Positions 8,309 to 16,859 of a DNA stretch of 24,000 nt are shown here, piece after piece. How positions within the stretch are numbered: position 1 is the first letter of the stretch; every line of letters begins with the position of its first letter. The DNA comes from Candidatus Woesearchaeota archaeon (GTDB taxonomy: Archaea; Nanobdellota; Nanobdellia; Woesearchaeales; JAHWHD01): NCBI GenBank assembly GCA_019323525.1, contig JAHWHD010000032.1, positions 1 to 24,000 of the forward strand. Direction: 5' to 3'. The translations under genes and the position numbers were made by a program. The notes beneath the pieces are model-generated. The model saw only the letters and a program-made list of their open reading frames with translations, did no database searches and was not told the origin of the DNA.

Positions 8309-9096
8309 TTTTCATCTCCACCATAGATTCCTTCTACTATCCCAAGGCACTCAACATCATTCTGCTTGATCTTTGTAACTGTTAATTGCTTTAGAGCATC
8401 CAGGCACGCCTTTATCAGGTTGACCTTTGTAGTACTCCCGGTAGTTTTTGACCAGATGTCTTCAATCCCAGCCATTCTTAGAATCTTTCCGCACTCTTTC
8501 TCAATCTTAAGCCCTGTTCCTTTTGGAGCAGGCATAATTTTTATAACAGAAGAACCACATTTTCCTGTAACTGCAAACGGAATCGTATGCGGATTACCAC
8601 ACCCGCATTCCCAAGACCCGCACCCGCGCCTGATCTTCATCATGTTAAGTTTTGCATTTCTAAATGCTTTCTCTCTTGCAGGAACAGTCTCTTTGCTCTT
8701 TCCATAACCCAATCCAATATATCCGTTCTTGTTTCCGATAATTGCACAGGTTGAGAATTTAGGTTTGTTTCCTTCGCAAGTCTTTTTTTGAGTTTGTCTG
8801 AACACTCTTCTTTGTCCGCCTCCGAACTTACCTTTTGACTGCCCAATAAGTAAAAGATCATTCTCAAGTTCAGGCATAAGCATATCAATTATCTCAGGCT
8901 CAGTTATCTTTAAACCATTATTGAGGATTTCATCAATATCAGTGATTTCTCCTTCTTTGACTTTCTTACCGAGTTTAGTCTTAGGTTTCCAGGACTCGCT
9001 TTCAAAAACATTCTTTTCATTAGCTCTCTGGCTGTTCTTTTGCTTTTCCTCAACCTTGATTTCTTGTTTTGTTTTCTCTGTCATTTCATCAGCCAT
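8305..9096 (-). CDS. rps5: Ribosomal protein S5 (uS5)
   Basis: GGGQRRVFRQTQKKT and AIIGNKNGYIGLGYGKSKETVPAREKA are uS5 motifs. The ORF-track start at 9105 is GTG. ATG at 9096 has a GGTG SD 7 nt upstream and lies 1 nt after the L18 stop. Confidence 0.93.
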   Translation of the reverse strand: MADEMTEKTKQEIKVEEKQKNSQRANEKNVFESESWKPKTKLGKKVKEGEITDIDEILNNGLKITEPEIIDMLMPELENDLLLIGQSKGKFGGGQRRVFRQTQKKTCEGNKPKFSTCAIIGNKNGYIGLGYGKSKETVPAREKAFRNAKLNMMKIRRGCGSWECGCGNPHTIPFAVTGKCGSSVIKIMPAPKGTGLKIEKECGKILRMAGIEDIWSKTTGSTTKVNLIKACLDALKQLTVTKIKQNDVECLGIVEGIYGGDEK

Positions 9097-9097
9097 T

Positions 9098-9652
9098 TTA
9101 AGCACCTATCTTCTTTTTCATTTCATCAAAATAAATTTCCATCTTTTCAGGGTCTATACCCTCTTTTAGCATTTTAGAGAACTGCTTTTCATAAGCCCCT
9201 TTGTCCTGCTTAAGTTTAGCAGCATAGTCTGCAATATGTTTTCCTCTTACCCTCTCTTCTTTAGGAAGAACCTCTTCTGAATGCGGAACTTTAATCCCAG
9301 AATCCAAAACCCCTTTCAGAACTCCGTATATGCAACTGCCTTTCACAGAACTTTGTAATCCGATGTCTAGAACTGCCTCTTTAACCTTCGCCTTTTTACC
9401 CAGAAGATACCCAACAAGATATCCTGTAACTATATTGCCTCCGTGCAGTTTCCATCCTTTCTTCTTAAGTTCGCGTGAACTTGCACAGGCAACCACTTTA
9501 TCCCCTTTAGGGTCAAACTCAACAATCTGCGCAACAATGTTTTTTAGAGATCTTCTTATGACTAGCCTTGGCTTTTTGCTTAAAAGAAGTTTAAGCCTTT
9601 TTTTATAATTGGTCTTGCCTTCACGTTTCCGTCTAAATGCTATGCCTTTCAT
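9098..9652 (-). CDS. rpl18: Ribosomal protein L18 (uL18)
   Basis: The N-terminus FRRKREGKTNYKKRLKLL and the operon position both fit. Confidence 0.92.
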   Translation of the reverse strand: MKGIAFRRKREGKTNYKKRLKLLLSKKPRLVIRRSLKNIVAQIVEFDPKGDKVVACASSRELKKKGWKLHGGNIVTGYLVGYLLGKKAKVKEAVLDIGLQSSVKGSCIYGVLKGVLDSGIKVPHSEEVLPKEERVRGKHIADYAAKLKQDKGAYEKQFSKMLKEGIDPEKMEIYFDEMKKKIGA

Positions 9653-9659
9653 TTTATCA

Positions 9660-10106
9660 TTATTTCATCATATTATGTTCTTTAATGTACAATTTGAGGT
9701 GTCTAAGGCTCCTAAAGAATCCGCCCTTTGCTTTTGAGTAAAGTTCCCTATACGTCGCAGCATCAATCTTGCTACGCTCTTTAAGTTCCTTTATCAATCC
9801 TCTCTGCGCCCTTATCTTGTTCATCCAAGCCTCTTTTTTAGGAAGCCTCGCAGTCTTTTTTCCTTTTCTGGTGCCAACTCCTCTTCTCTTACCCTTTCTT
9901 TTTTGTAACGCACGTTTACGCGCCCTGACTCTTGAACTTCCTTTAACTGGCTTCTTTGAAATAGCATTATCAATTATCAACGTTTTGATATCAGCTTTAG
10001 TGATTGCTTCTTTAATGTCCTCTAATCTCTCAGGGTCTAGGACTATCTTGTTCTTTGAACATTTCAGTATCTGCCCTCCTAGCCTTTTCTGGATCTTGAG
10101 TTTCAT
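9660..10106 (-). CDS. rpl19e: Ribosomal protein L19e (eL19)
   Basis: LKIQKRLGGQILKCSKNKIVLDPERLEDIKEAITKADIKTLI, followed by a basic RKGKRRG region. Confidence 0.92.
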   Translation of the reverse strand: MKLKIQKRLGGQILKCSKNKIVLDPERLEDIKEAITKADIKTLIIDNAISKKPVKGSSRVRARKRALQKRKGKRRGVGTRKGKKTARLPKKEAWMNKIRAQRGLIKELKERSKIDAATYRELYSKAKGGFFRSLRHLKLYIKEHNMMK

Positions 10107-10708
10107 TTTCTGGTCCTCAGTATTTTTTCCTCTTCTTTACGTTTCTTCTCCTGCTCAGACTTTGCTTTTTCAGCCAGCTCCTCTTCACTCATCTGTTGCT
10201 CTTCAGCAGCTGCTTCTTTTTCTTTCTCTTTAGCTTTTTTCTCAAGCTCTTTCTTTTTAGCTTCTTTTTCTTTCAATGCCTTTTCCTTGTCTTGCTTCTT
10301 TTTCGCAAATCTCTGTTCAACATCTGTTAAGTACTTTTGAGGATCTTTTATATTTAGGATTTTTAATTTTAATTGCATTGCTTTTTTAATCAAGCCAACT
10401 TTCTTTCTGACGCCTAGCCGTGACGAAAATACAACCCCTTGCCCATCTTTGATACTGGTCAATTCTAGCATATTCGATACAACCACAGGCAAAACCCCGC
10501 TTGGATCAAAACCTTCTACATCCCTAGGAGATCCATAACCTATCTTGACCTTTTTCCTATAACTTTTGAATCCTATCCTTACCTTATTGTCACTGCCTCT
10601 TGGCTTTCTCCATTTTTTTCCTAATTTAACTTTTTTGTGAGAATCTTGCCTAACAAACCTGGGTTTTTTTGATTTTATTCTTTTCCTTAACTCAAGTTTG
10701 TCTTTCAT
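10103..10708 (-). CDS. rpl32e: Ribosomal protein L32e (eL32) with a roughly 68-aa KE-rich C-terminal tail
   Basis: The core is RFVRQDSHKKVKLGKKWRKPRGSDNKVR. There are ATGA overlaps on both sides. Confidence 0.88.
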   Translation of the reverse strand: MKDKLELRKRIKSKKPRFVRQDSHKKVKLGKKWRKPRGSDNKVRIGFKSYRKKVKIGYGSPRDVEGFDPSGVLPVVVSNMLELTSIKDGQGVVFSSRLGVRKKVGLIKKAMQLKLKILNIKDPQKYLTDVEQRFAKKKQDKEKALKEKEAKKKELEKKAKEKEKEAAAEEQQMSEEELAEKAKSEQEKKRKEEEKILRTRK

Positions 10709-11247
10709 ATTTCCTTACCATCCTTATTAATGATATATATTCCGTCCTGGAACTTGTTCCGATCTCTGTCAGTTATTCTTGTTAACTGTTCGATATCAGC
10801 AGCAGTCTGCCCTGCCAGTTCCTTACTGATGCTCTCTACTTGTATAAAATCTCCATCAATTTTAACAGTGACGCCTTGCTTGATATTCACAGTCCTAGGA
10901 GTTTTCTCTCCAAGATAATTTTTTACTGATAATACGTTATTATTAATACTGACATTCATAGGGAAGTGTCCTGAGCATATCTTGAGCCTATAAACATGTC
11001 CCTCTTTAGCACCTTTAACCATGTTTTTCAAATGAGACTTGAAAGTTCCTATCATTGTTTTCTCTCTTTTGGTCGCGTTCTTTGCCTTGAACTGTACCTT
11101 CCCATCAACAAATTCAATCTTCACCTTCGGGTTTCTGAACTCTCTTGATACCTCTCCTTTTTCTCCCTTCAGCGTTACTAGAGTCCCCTCTAGCTTAACC
11201 TCAACACCTTCAGTTTCCACTTCATCCATGTACTCTTTAGCTCTCAT
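10705..11247 (-). CDS. rpl6: Ribosomal protein L6 (uL6)
   Basis: EGVEVKLEGTLVTLKGEKGEVSREF. The two-domain L6 length (180 aa) and the operon position fit. Confidence 0.93.
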   Translation of the reverse strand: MRAKEYMDEVETEGVEVKLEGTLVTLKGEKGEVSREFRNPKVKIEFVDGKVQFKAKNATKREKTMIGTFKSHLKNMVKGAKEGHVYRLKICSGHFPMNVSINNNVLSVKNYLGEKTPRTVNIKQGVTVKIDGDFIQVESISKELAGQTAADIEQLTRITDRDRNKFQDGIYIINKDGKEI

Positions 11248-11272
11248 TTTGTAGTTTTGTTAAGTATGAATC

Positions 11273-11662
11273 TTAATAAATGTAAGCGATTAATTTGCCT
11301 CCTATCCCTTTTTCCTTTGCCTCTATATGGCTCATGATCCCTTTTGAGGTTGAAACAACAATTATCCCAAAATCCTTTGCAGGCAGATACCTTTTCTCGA
11401 ACTTCTCAAAATCTCCTAGCTTCAAAGGATACCTTGGCTTGATAGCCCCGCAATTGTTTATCTTTCCTAACAGGTTTAGCTCGATAAATCCCCCTTTTCC
11501 ATCATCTACTTCCTTAAACTCTCCAATAAACATCTTCTCTTTTAAGAGTGTCAATATCTTCTTGAGTACATTTGACACTGGTTTAATCTTGCAGCTAACC
11601 TTTCCTACTCTCTCAGCATTAAGTATCTTTGATAATGCGTTTGCCAATGGGTCATTTAACAT
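11273..11662 (-). CDS. rps8: Ribosomal protein S8 (uS8)
   Basis: The N-terminus is DPLANALSKILNAERVGK. An AGGTGG SD lies upstream of the ATG. Confidence 0.93.
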   Translation of the reverse strand: MLNDPLANALSKILNAERVGKVSCKIKPVSNVLKKILTLLKEKMFIGEFKEVDDGKGGFIELNLLGKINNCGAIKPRYPLKLGDFEKFEKRYLPAKDFGIIVVSTSKGIMSHIEAKEKGIGGKLIAYIY

Positions 11663-11673
11663 TTTTTTCCACC

Positions 11674-11904
11674 TTAACCATACTTCTTAAATCCTATCTT
11701 TGTTGCAACCTCTCTGAAACAGTGCCTGCACAGGTCAAGACCATACTTTTCTATGTGCGCCTCAGGCCTTCCGCACCTTCTGCATTTTTTCTTGTTCTTG
11801 CCAGATGCCCTTTTTTTAGGAGCGTTATGTTTGATATACTTCTGCAGCTTTGCAGGTTTAACCTTCAGTTGCTTGAACACCTTTTCATAATTACTGTAGG
11901 TCAT
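11674..11904 (-). CDS. rps14: Ribosomal protein S14 (uS14), zinc-binding type, with an N-terminal extension
   Basis: [36 protein letters not shown] carries CxxC...CxxC. A GGAGGA SD lies upstream. The start overlaps the L5 3' end by 14 nt. Confidence 0.9.
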   Translation of the reverse strand: MTYSNYEKVFKQLKVKPAKLQKYIKHNAPKKRASGKNKKKCRRCGRPEAHIEKYGLDLCRHCFREVATKIGFKKYG

Positions 11905-12415
11905 CTTCTTCCTCCGTTCTTATGCCGAACTTATCTTTCATGAATTTAATTGCTTCTTCTTTTGCGATACAATGATTCTTCCCGACTCTTGATTTAAGAT
12001 TCTTCCTTCTCTTGACCCTGAAACCAGGCCTCTCAAGTGTTACGCAGACCTCTAGACCCATTATGCCTATCTCAGGATCATATTTTGCATCTTTTATATC
12101 GATATACTCAGGAACGCCAAATGCAATATTTCCACTATCATCAAACTGGCTCTCATTTAGGAGAAATGTTTTAGCTTCTAAAAGCCTTTTAAGAACCTCT
12201 TCAGCATCAGTTCCTCTTAAAGTAAGCTTGCAACCTATGGGCAAGCCAGGCCTTAAACCCCACCCAGGAATCCTTTTACTTGTATAGGTCTTGATAGGCT
12301 CGATGCCGGTGATATTCTTCAATAGCTTCATCCCTTTCTCGAGCTTTTTAACATCTTTACCAGCCCCTATGTTAAGGGTGATTTTCTCTATTCTAATACT
12401 TTTCATCACATTCAT
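11891..12415 (-). CDS. rpl5: Ribosomal protein L5 (uL5)
   Basis: [16 protein letters not shown] and [18 protein letters not shown]. There is an ATGA overlap with S4e. Confidence 0.94.
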   Translation of the reverse strand: MNVMKSIRIEKITLNIGAGKDVKKLEKGMKLLKNITGIEPIKTYTSKRIPGWGLRPGLPIGCKLTLRGTDAEEVLKRLLEAKTFLLNESQFDDSGNIAFGVPEYIDIKDAKYDPEIGIMGLEVCVTLERPGFRVKRRKNLKSRVGKNHCIAKEEAIKFMKDKFGIRTEEEDDLQ

Positions 12416-13101
12416 TTTATCTTTAATGCAGGTTTATCTTTTCCTATAACTACTGCATGTTTTTTAATCGTCTCGAACTCTACATTATCTGCAGTCTTGC
12501 AGACCAAAGCTTCGTCCTTGGTATCTATCACAGTTCCTATTACTCCGATATGCCCTCCGGAGATGAGGTAGACCAAGCAACCGTTCTCGAACTTCAGGTG
12601 TGACTCGACCTTTTGCTCAGGAACAGAGATCAACAGCGAATCGCCAACTTTATAATCATCCTTGTCCATCAGGATATTCCTTCCATCCATCAGGTTAACC
12701 TGGATTTTTCCTCTGACAACATGCTTATTAAGGATTTTACAGATTTTTAGACCCGATTCCTTGGCATCAACAGGGATTGAAGTGATCCAGCCGTTCTCGT
12801 CAAGAACAATTCTGCAGTGTTCTTTTGTTAACGGAATAGATATAACATCCATCAAACCCACAATGGTCTTTTTATCAGTCACTTTTCTTCCGTCTACCAG
12901 GACTTCTTTATGGTACAGGATTTTTTCAGTCTCCTTCGTAGTCTTTGTAATCTTCATAAGTTTCTCAAGTGCCGCATTTATAGGCATACCTAAGCGAAAC
13001 TCGTGTTTACCTGGCAACGGCCTTGTAATGAATTTAACCCCTTTTCTTTTTATAGGCCACGTTCTTGGAGTTGCCAACCTTTTTAAGTGTTGTTTCGTCA
13101 T
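12412..13101 (-). CDS. rps4e: Ribosomal protein S4e (eS4)
   Basis: The N-terminus HLKRLATPRTWPIKRKGVKFITRP, the 229-aa length and the position all fit. Confidence 0.93.
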   Translation of the reverse strand: MTKQHLKRLATPRTWPIKRKGVKFITRPLPGKHEFRLGMPINAALEKLMKITKTTKETEKILYHKEVLVDGRKVTDKKTIVGLMDVISIPLTKEHCRIVLDENGWITSIPVDAKESGLKICKILNKHVVRGKIQVNLMDGRNILMDKDDYKVGDSLLISVPEQKVESHLKFENGCLVYLISGGHIGVIGTVIDTKDEALVCKTADNVEFETIKKHAVVIGKDKPALKIK

Positions 13102-13102
13102 T

Positions 13103-13453
13103 TTATTTCCTCTTAAGCCTCTTCTTATCCTCTAAATATAATTCTGTGATTAGGAGATTCGACGGATGCAATGGATAAAGCGCTTTTCCTCCGTCCTTTT
13201 TAGTTATCTCGATTCCAGCCACATACACTTTGGTTCTGCCAGCATCGACCTTTTCTACCTTCCCGCTTTTGCCTTTGAACTGTCCGACCATTACCTTTAC
13301 CTTGTCATCCTTTCTAACAGCCAAATTCCTTGTTTTGTGTTTTTGCCTAAGCTCTTTTGAAAGGTGGCAGCTCATGAATTTATTTCTAGCATGAAGCTGG
13401 CAAGTAAACCTCGACTTTCTTTGTTTGTTTGGTTTGCTGGATTTCATTTTCAT
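13103..13453 (-). CDS. rpl24: Ribosomal protein L24 (uL24)
   Basis: KOW motif VRKDDKVKVMVGQFKGKSGKVEKVD. The ORF-track start at 13504 is GTG, inside L14. ATG at 13453 lies 11 nt after the L14 stop. Confidence 0.92.
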   Translation of the reverse strand: MKMKSSKPNKQRKSRFTCQLHARNKFMSCHLSKELRQKHKTRNLAVRKDDKVKVMVGQFKGKSGKVEKVDAGRTKVYVAGIEITKKDGGKALYPLHPSNLLITELYLEDKKRLKRK

Positions 13454-13464
13454 CTTTTCGTTAA

Positions 13465-13866
13465 TTATACAATTATACTGGCAACCTTTGCGATTGCAGG
13501 CCACCTTTCAGTAACCTCTTTTGCAATTGGCCCTTTGAATATCGTACCTTTAGGATTGCCTTTGTCATCTTTAAGTACTACAGCAGCATTATCTTCAAAC
13601 TTGATTCTTGTCCCGTCTGCTCTCTTGTACTCTTTTTTTTGCCTAACGATTACAGCAAAGACAACCTGTTTTTTCATGTCAGGTTTGCCCTTGACAACTG
13701 CAGCCTGTATAAGATCTCCAACACCTGCTGCAGGGTATCTGCCTTTAACCGTCTTGATGCCTTTGACTGCAAATAATTTGATCATTTTTGCCCCTGAATT
13801 ATCGCACGTAGGGATATGGGCTCCTGATGGCAATGCTCTTGTAACTCTTGATTTTACTGTTTTCAT
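13465..13866 (-). CDS. rpl14: Ribosomal protein L14 (uL14)
   Basis: CDNSGAKMIKLFAVKG...AAGVGDLIQAAVVKG...RIKFEDNAAVV is highly conserved uL14 sequence. Confidence 0.96.
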   Translation of the reverse strand: MKTVKSRVTRALPSGAHIPTCDNSGAKMIKLFAVKGIKTVKGRYPAAGVGDLIQAAVVKGKPDMKKQVVFAVIVRQKKEYKRADGTRIKFEDNAAVVLKDDKGNPKGTIFKGPIAKEVTERWPAIAKVASIIV

Positions 13867-14288
13867 TCTTTCTCAGCCTCTTCCCTATTGCGTTTCCTTT
13901 CCATCTCTTTTCGCTCTTCAACTTCGTATAATTTCTCCTTTGAAACAAATTCCTTTGACTTCCCTAATACTTGGACAATCACGAAATTCTTTGTCTTGCT
14001 GAGTGGCCTACACTGCATTATTTTTACTTCGTCTCCCTCTTTTGCACCCATGCAAGGCGGATTATGAACGCTAATCTTTGATTTTTTCTTGATATACCTT
14101 TCATACTTAGGCAGATGATGTCTTGTAACCCATTGCACAACAGCGCTTTTCTGCATCTTGCTCGACATAACAGTGCCTGTAAATGCCTGGCCGCGTAACT
14201 TAAGTTTGCCATGGAACGGACAGAACTGATCATCACACTTCTCTTTAGGCAAATCAACCTTGATTCCTATGTTCTTTGATTTTTTCAT
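13863..14288 (-). CDS. rps17: Ribosomal protein S17 (uS17) with a charged C-terminal tail
   Basis: CDDQFCPFHGKLKLRGQAFTGTVMSSKMQKSAVV. There are ATGA overlaps on both sides. Confidence 0.92.
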   Translation of the reverse strand: MKKSKNIGIKVDLPKEKCDDQFCPFHGKLKLRGQAFTGTVMSSKMQKSAVVQWVTRHHLPKYERYIKKKSKISVHNPPCMGAKEGDEVKIMQCRPLSKTKNFVIVQVLGKSKEFVSKEKLYEVEERKEMERKRNREEAEKE

Positions 14289-14539
14289 TTTTTTATCCTG
14301 TCTTCTGGCCGTTTAGCCAGCATCTCTCCTTCAACCCTTATCTTTTTACCTTGAAACTCAATCTCAAGAACAACATTGCTCTTGACCAGCTTCTTCTTTT
14401 GATCGTCTAAGATTGTCAATGTTGATTTTGTCTCATCAACAACCCGTCCTTTGATTCCGATGTCAGACTCGTTCTTTGAATCAACGACTTCAACTTTAAG
14501 GCCGATAAGTTCGTGCCTGACTATATCCTTGACATCCAT
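14285..14539 (-). CDS. rnp1: RNase P protein component 1 (Rpp29/Pop4 family), minimal 84-aa form
   Basis: ELIGLKVEVVDSKNESDIGIKGRVVDETKSTLTI is the Sm-like Rpp29 core. It occupies the conserved slot between aSUI1/L29 and S17. Confidence 0.75.
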   Translation of the reverse strand: MDVKDIVRHELIGLKVEVVDSKNESDIGIKGRVVDETKSTLTILDDQKKKLVKSNVVLEIEFQGKKIRVEGEMLAKRPEDRIKK

Positions 14540-14566
14540 TTTTCCACATTGAAATCCTTCCGAACT

Positions 14567-14875
14567 TCAACGAACTTCGATCGTCTCTGGGGCAAAACCC
14601 ATCTCGACCAATATCCTTTTAACCTGGTGCTTGTGATCGCCTTGAAGTTCAACCTTTCCTTCTTTGGTTGTCCCTCCGCAGGCAAACTTTCCTTTCAGCT
14701 TTTTTACCAGGTCTTTAAGGTCAATCTCTTTTTGGTCAATGCCTTCGATTTCAGTGTACAGCTTTCCGAACTTTTTCTTGATTGTGTATACCTTAATCGT
14801 CTGGCTTTCCTTAGCTATGGTTTCGCAAACACACAGCTCCTTGGGTAACCCGCATTGTGTACAAACTTCGGACAT
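14567..14875 (-). CDS. Translation initiation factor aSUI1 (aIF1)
   Basis: N-terminal CxxC..CxC, then FACGGTTKEGKVELQGDHKHQVKRILVEMGF, the SUI1 signature. There is a TAATG overlap with L29. Confidence 0.9.
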   Translation of the reverse strand: MSEVCTQCGLPKELCVCETIAKESQTIKVYTIKKKFGKLYTEIEGIDQKEIDLKDLVKKLKGKFACGGTTKEGKVELQGDHKHQVKRILVEMGFAPETIEVR

Positions 14876-15075
14876 TATGCCTCCTCGTTTTTTAATATGG
14901 TGATTATCCTGGCGATAGTTTTCTTCATCGCTTTTATCTGCCCTGGATTTTTCGGAACAGTACCTGTCGCAACCTGGGCATTCTCTTTGATAAGCTCTTT
15001 CTTAAGCTCATCCATTTTGCTAAGCAAGTCTTGCTTCGTCATTCCTGCAAGCTCCTTCTTCTTAGGCATTCCCAT
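14875..15075 (-). CDS. rpl29: Ribosomal protein L29 (uL29)
   Basis: 66 aa with MTKQDLLSKMDELKKELIKENAQVATG. It lies between S3 and aSUI1. Confidence 0.88.
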   Translation of the reverse strand: MGMPKKKELAGMTKQDLLSKMDELKKELIKENAQVATGTVPKNPGQIKAMKKTIARIITILKNEEA

Positions 15076-15863
15076 TATTCCTCGACTCCTGAATCTCCTG
15101 CATCCTCAGATTCTTCTTCGGTTTCTTCTCCAGCCTTCTCTTCAGTTCTGGGTTCTTCCTCACCCACTTCGGCTTCTTTTTCTTTCTTCCCCTTTTTAGT
15201 TTTCTTAGGCTTTTTTTCACTCTTCTCTTTCTTTTTAGGCTGTTTTTTAACCTCTTCAACTTCAGGAGTCTCTATGATTTTGATATCATCTGGAAGTTCC
15301 AGACCTGGCGGCATTATGCTGACTTTTATACCGATTGTGCCGGTCTTTAGCTGCGCGCTTGCATACGCGACATCAACACCAACTACAGCAACATCCCCGC
15401 TTTTCTTAAGATAACCTTGATAAAATCTCCAGGTCTTTGCTCTTGCACTAGGTATTTTTCCTGAGATAAGTATTTCAACACCCTTAGCACCTGCACCCAT
15501 AACATCGCTCATAACCTTATGGCCTATGCCCTTGAACCTGGCAGAACCAAATCTTTCAAGGGAGTTAGCAATCCTCTCAGCAACAATCTGTGCATCAAGA
15601 TTTATGTTTTGTACTTCAGCAATTTCGATTTGAGGATTCTCTAAACCAAATATTCTTTTCAGGTCAACAGTCAACTTTTTAATGCTCTGCCCTTTTCTTC
15701 CGACAATCAGCCCAGGCCTTGATGCATAGATTATGATCTTCTCGCCCAATGGAGTTCTCTGCATCTTTGTATGGCTGTGCCCCGCATTCTTCAGACTATT
15801 CGTGATATACTCTTGAATCTGATATTCCTTCATATTTTGCGCAACAAACTTTCTCTCAATCAA
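15075..15863 (-). CDS. rps3: Ribosomal protein S3 (uS3), probable TTG start, KE-rich then acidic C-terminal tail
   Basis: The KH-domain core is IERKFVAQNMKEYQIQEY...IIIYASRPGLIVGRKGQSIKKL. TTG at 15861..15863 gives the canonical M-IERKFV N-terminus. AGGAGGT (15871..15877) lies 7 nt upstream. The ORF-track start at 15920 is also TTG but adds 19 residues that do not look like S3. Confidence 0.92.
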   Translation of the reverse strand: MIERKFVAQNMKEYQIQEYITNSLKNAGHSHTKMQRTPLGEKIIIYASRPGLIVGRKGQSIKKLTVDLKRIFGLENPQIEIAEVQNINLDAQIVAERIANSLERFGSARFKGIGHKVMSDVMGAGAKGVEILISGKIPSARAKTWRFYQGYLKKSGDVAVVGVDVAYASAQLKTGTIGIKVSIMPPGLELPDDIKIIETPEVEEVKKQPKKKEKSEKKPKKTKKGKKEKEAEVGEEEPRTEEKAGEETEEESEDAGDSGVEE

Positions 15864-15920
15864 AAAAATCACCTCCTGTGATTTTTTTGTTGTCCCAAAA
15901 ATTGGAAATTTTTGATACAA

Positions 15921-16466
15921 TCATTTTTTCTCCTCTGCTTTCATTTGAACTTGCGGTTTTTCTTTTTTGTTCTCTTTATTTGTTTCTTTTTTCTTAACGT
16001 CTTTTTTCTCTTTTTCTTTCTTCTCTTTGAACGATTCTTCAACAACAATCTCAACATGAGTTCTTTTTGATTCTCCTCTGATTCGTCTGCTGTACTTCAT
16101 AGGCCTGGAAGCTCTTTGGCTTGAGATATGTTTAATGACTAAACTTCCTGAATCAAGGCCTTTGAACACTGCATTGTTCTCAACACTGTCAAGTAACTTG
16201 TTAATTTCGACGCATGCCTTTACAGGGTATCTTCCAGGACCAATTCCCGGTTTATGCCCCACCTTTTTATTGTGTCTCCTGAACTTGAGCGGCATGTCTT
16301 TTTTTGAAATCCTCTCAAGTAGTTCCTTTGCTTTCTGAAGATTCTTATGCCTGATGAAATTGCAGATCTCAACACAATGCTTAGTCGATATTGGCAAATC
16401 CTTGCCAACACACCTTGCCATGTGCTCTGCATCAAATTCCTTGAACGAATATTTGTAGTCTGCCAT
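15921..16466 (-). CDS. rpl22: Ribosomal protein L22 (uL22) with a KE-rich C-terminal tail
   Basis: ARCVGKDLPISTKHCVEICNFIRHKNLQKAKELLE, plus operon position. Confidence 0.92.
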   Translation of the reverse strand: MADYKYSFKEFDAEHMARCVGKDLPISTKHCVEICNFIRHKNLQKAKELLERISKKDMPLKFRRHNKKVGHKPGIGPGRYPVKACVEINKLLDSVENNAVFKGLDSGSLVIKHISSQRASRPMKYSRRIRGESKRTHVEIVVEESFKEKKEKEKKDVKKKETNKENKKEKPQVQMKAEEKK

Positions 16467-16850
16467 TTACCTCACTGACATGCTTGAACTTGATTTTGTA
16501 GCGCCGATTCCTGGGGCGTTGTGCCCTACCTTGGACCTTGTCAATGCAAACTCTCCAAGATAATGTCCCAGCATCTCGCCCGTGATTACGAGCTGTTTGA
16601 ACTCTTTACCATTATGAACCTTGATAGAGGTTCCAACCATCTCAGGTACAATTACCATATCTCTGCAATGAGTCTTGATATTCTTATCTTTGTTTTTAAC
16701 TTTGTCAAGGACCTTTTTCTGTTCATCACTCAAACCCCTCTTGAGATTTCGTCTTGCTCTTGACTCAACAAGTTCGCTGAATTGCTTTAAGCTCATTCCC
16801 TTTAGCTCTTCTAAAGTTTTTCCCTTGTACCTGAATTCTTTTTTAGCCAT
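16467..16850 (-). CDS. rps19: Ribosomal protein S19 (uS19)
   Basis: HCRDMVIVPEMVGTSIKVHNGKEFKQLVITGEMLGHYLGEFALTR. Confidence 0.95.
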   Translation of the reverse strand: MAKKEFRYKGKTLEELKGMSLKQFSELVESRARRNLKRGLSDEQKKVLDKVKNKDKNIKTHCRDMVIVPEMVGTSIKVHNGKEFKQLVITGEMLGHYLGEFALTRSKVGHNAPGIGATKSSSSMSVR

Positions 16851-16859
16851 TTTATCACT

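Noticed and set aside
13364-14002. Long plus-strand ORF (212 aa, hydrophobic-looking) antisense to L24/L14/S17. Similar antisense ORFs lie at 17161..17814, 1240..1902, 5470..5916, 12662..13135, 9769..10233, 18007..18569 and 14855..15414.
   Set aside because: Each lies entirely opposite a strongly conserved gene that is unambiguously identified. The translations are low-complexity (S/L/F/P-rich mirror images of K/E/G-rich coding sequence). None has an independent promoter or SD signal. They look like shadow ORFs.
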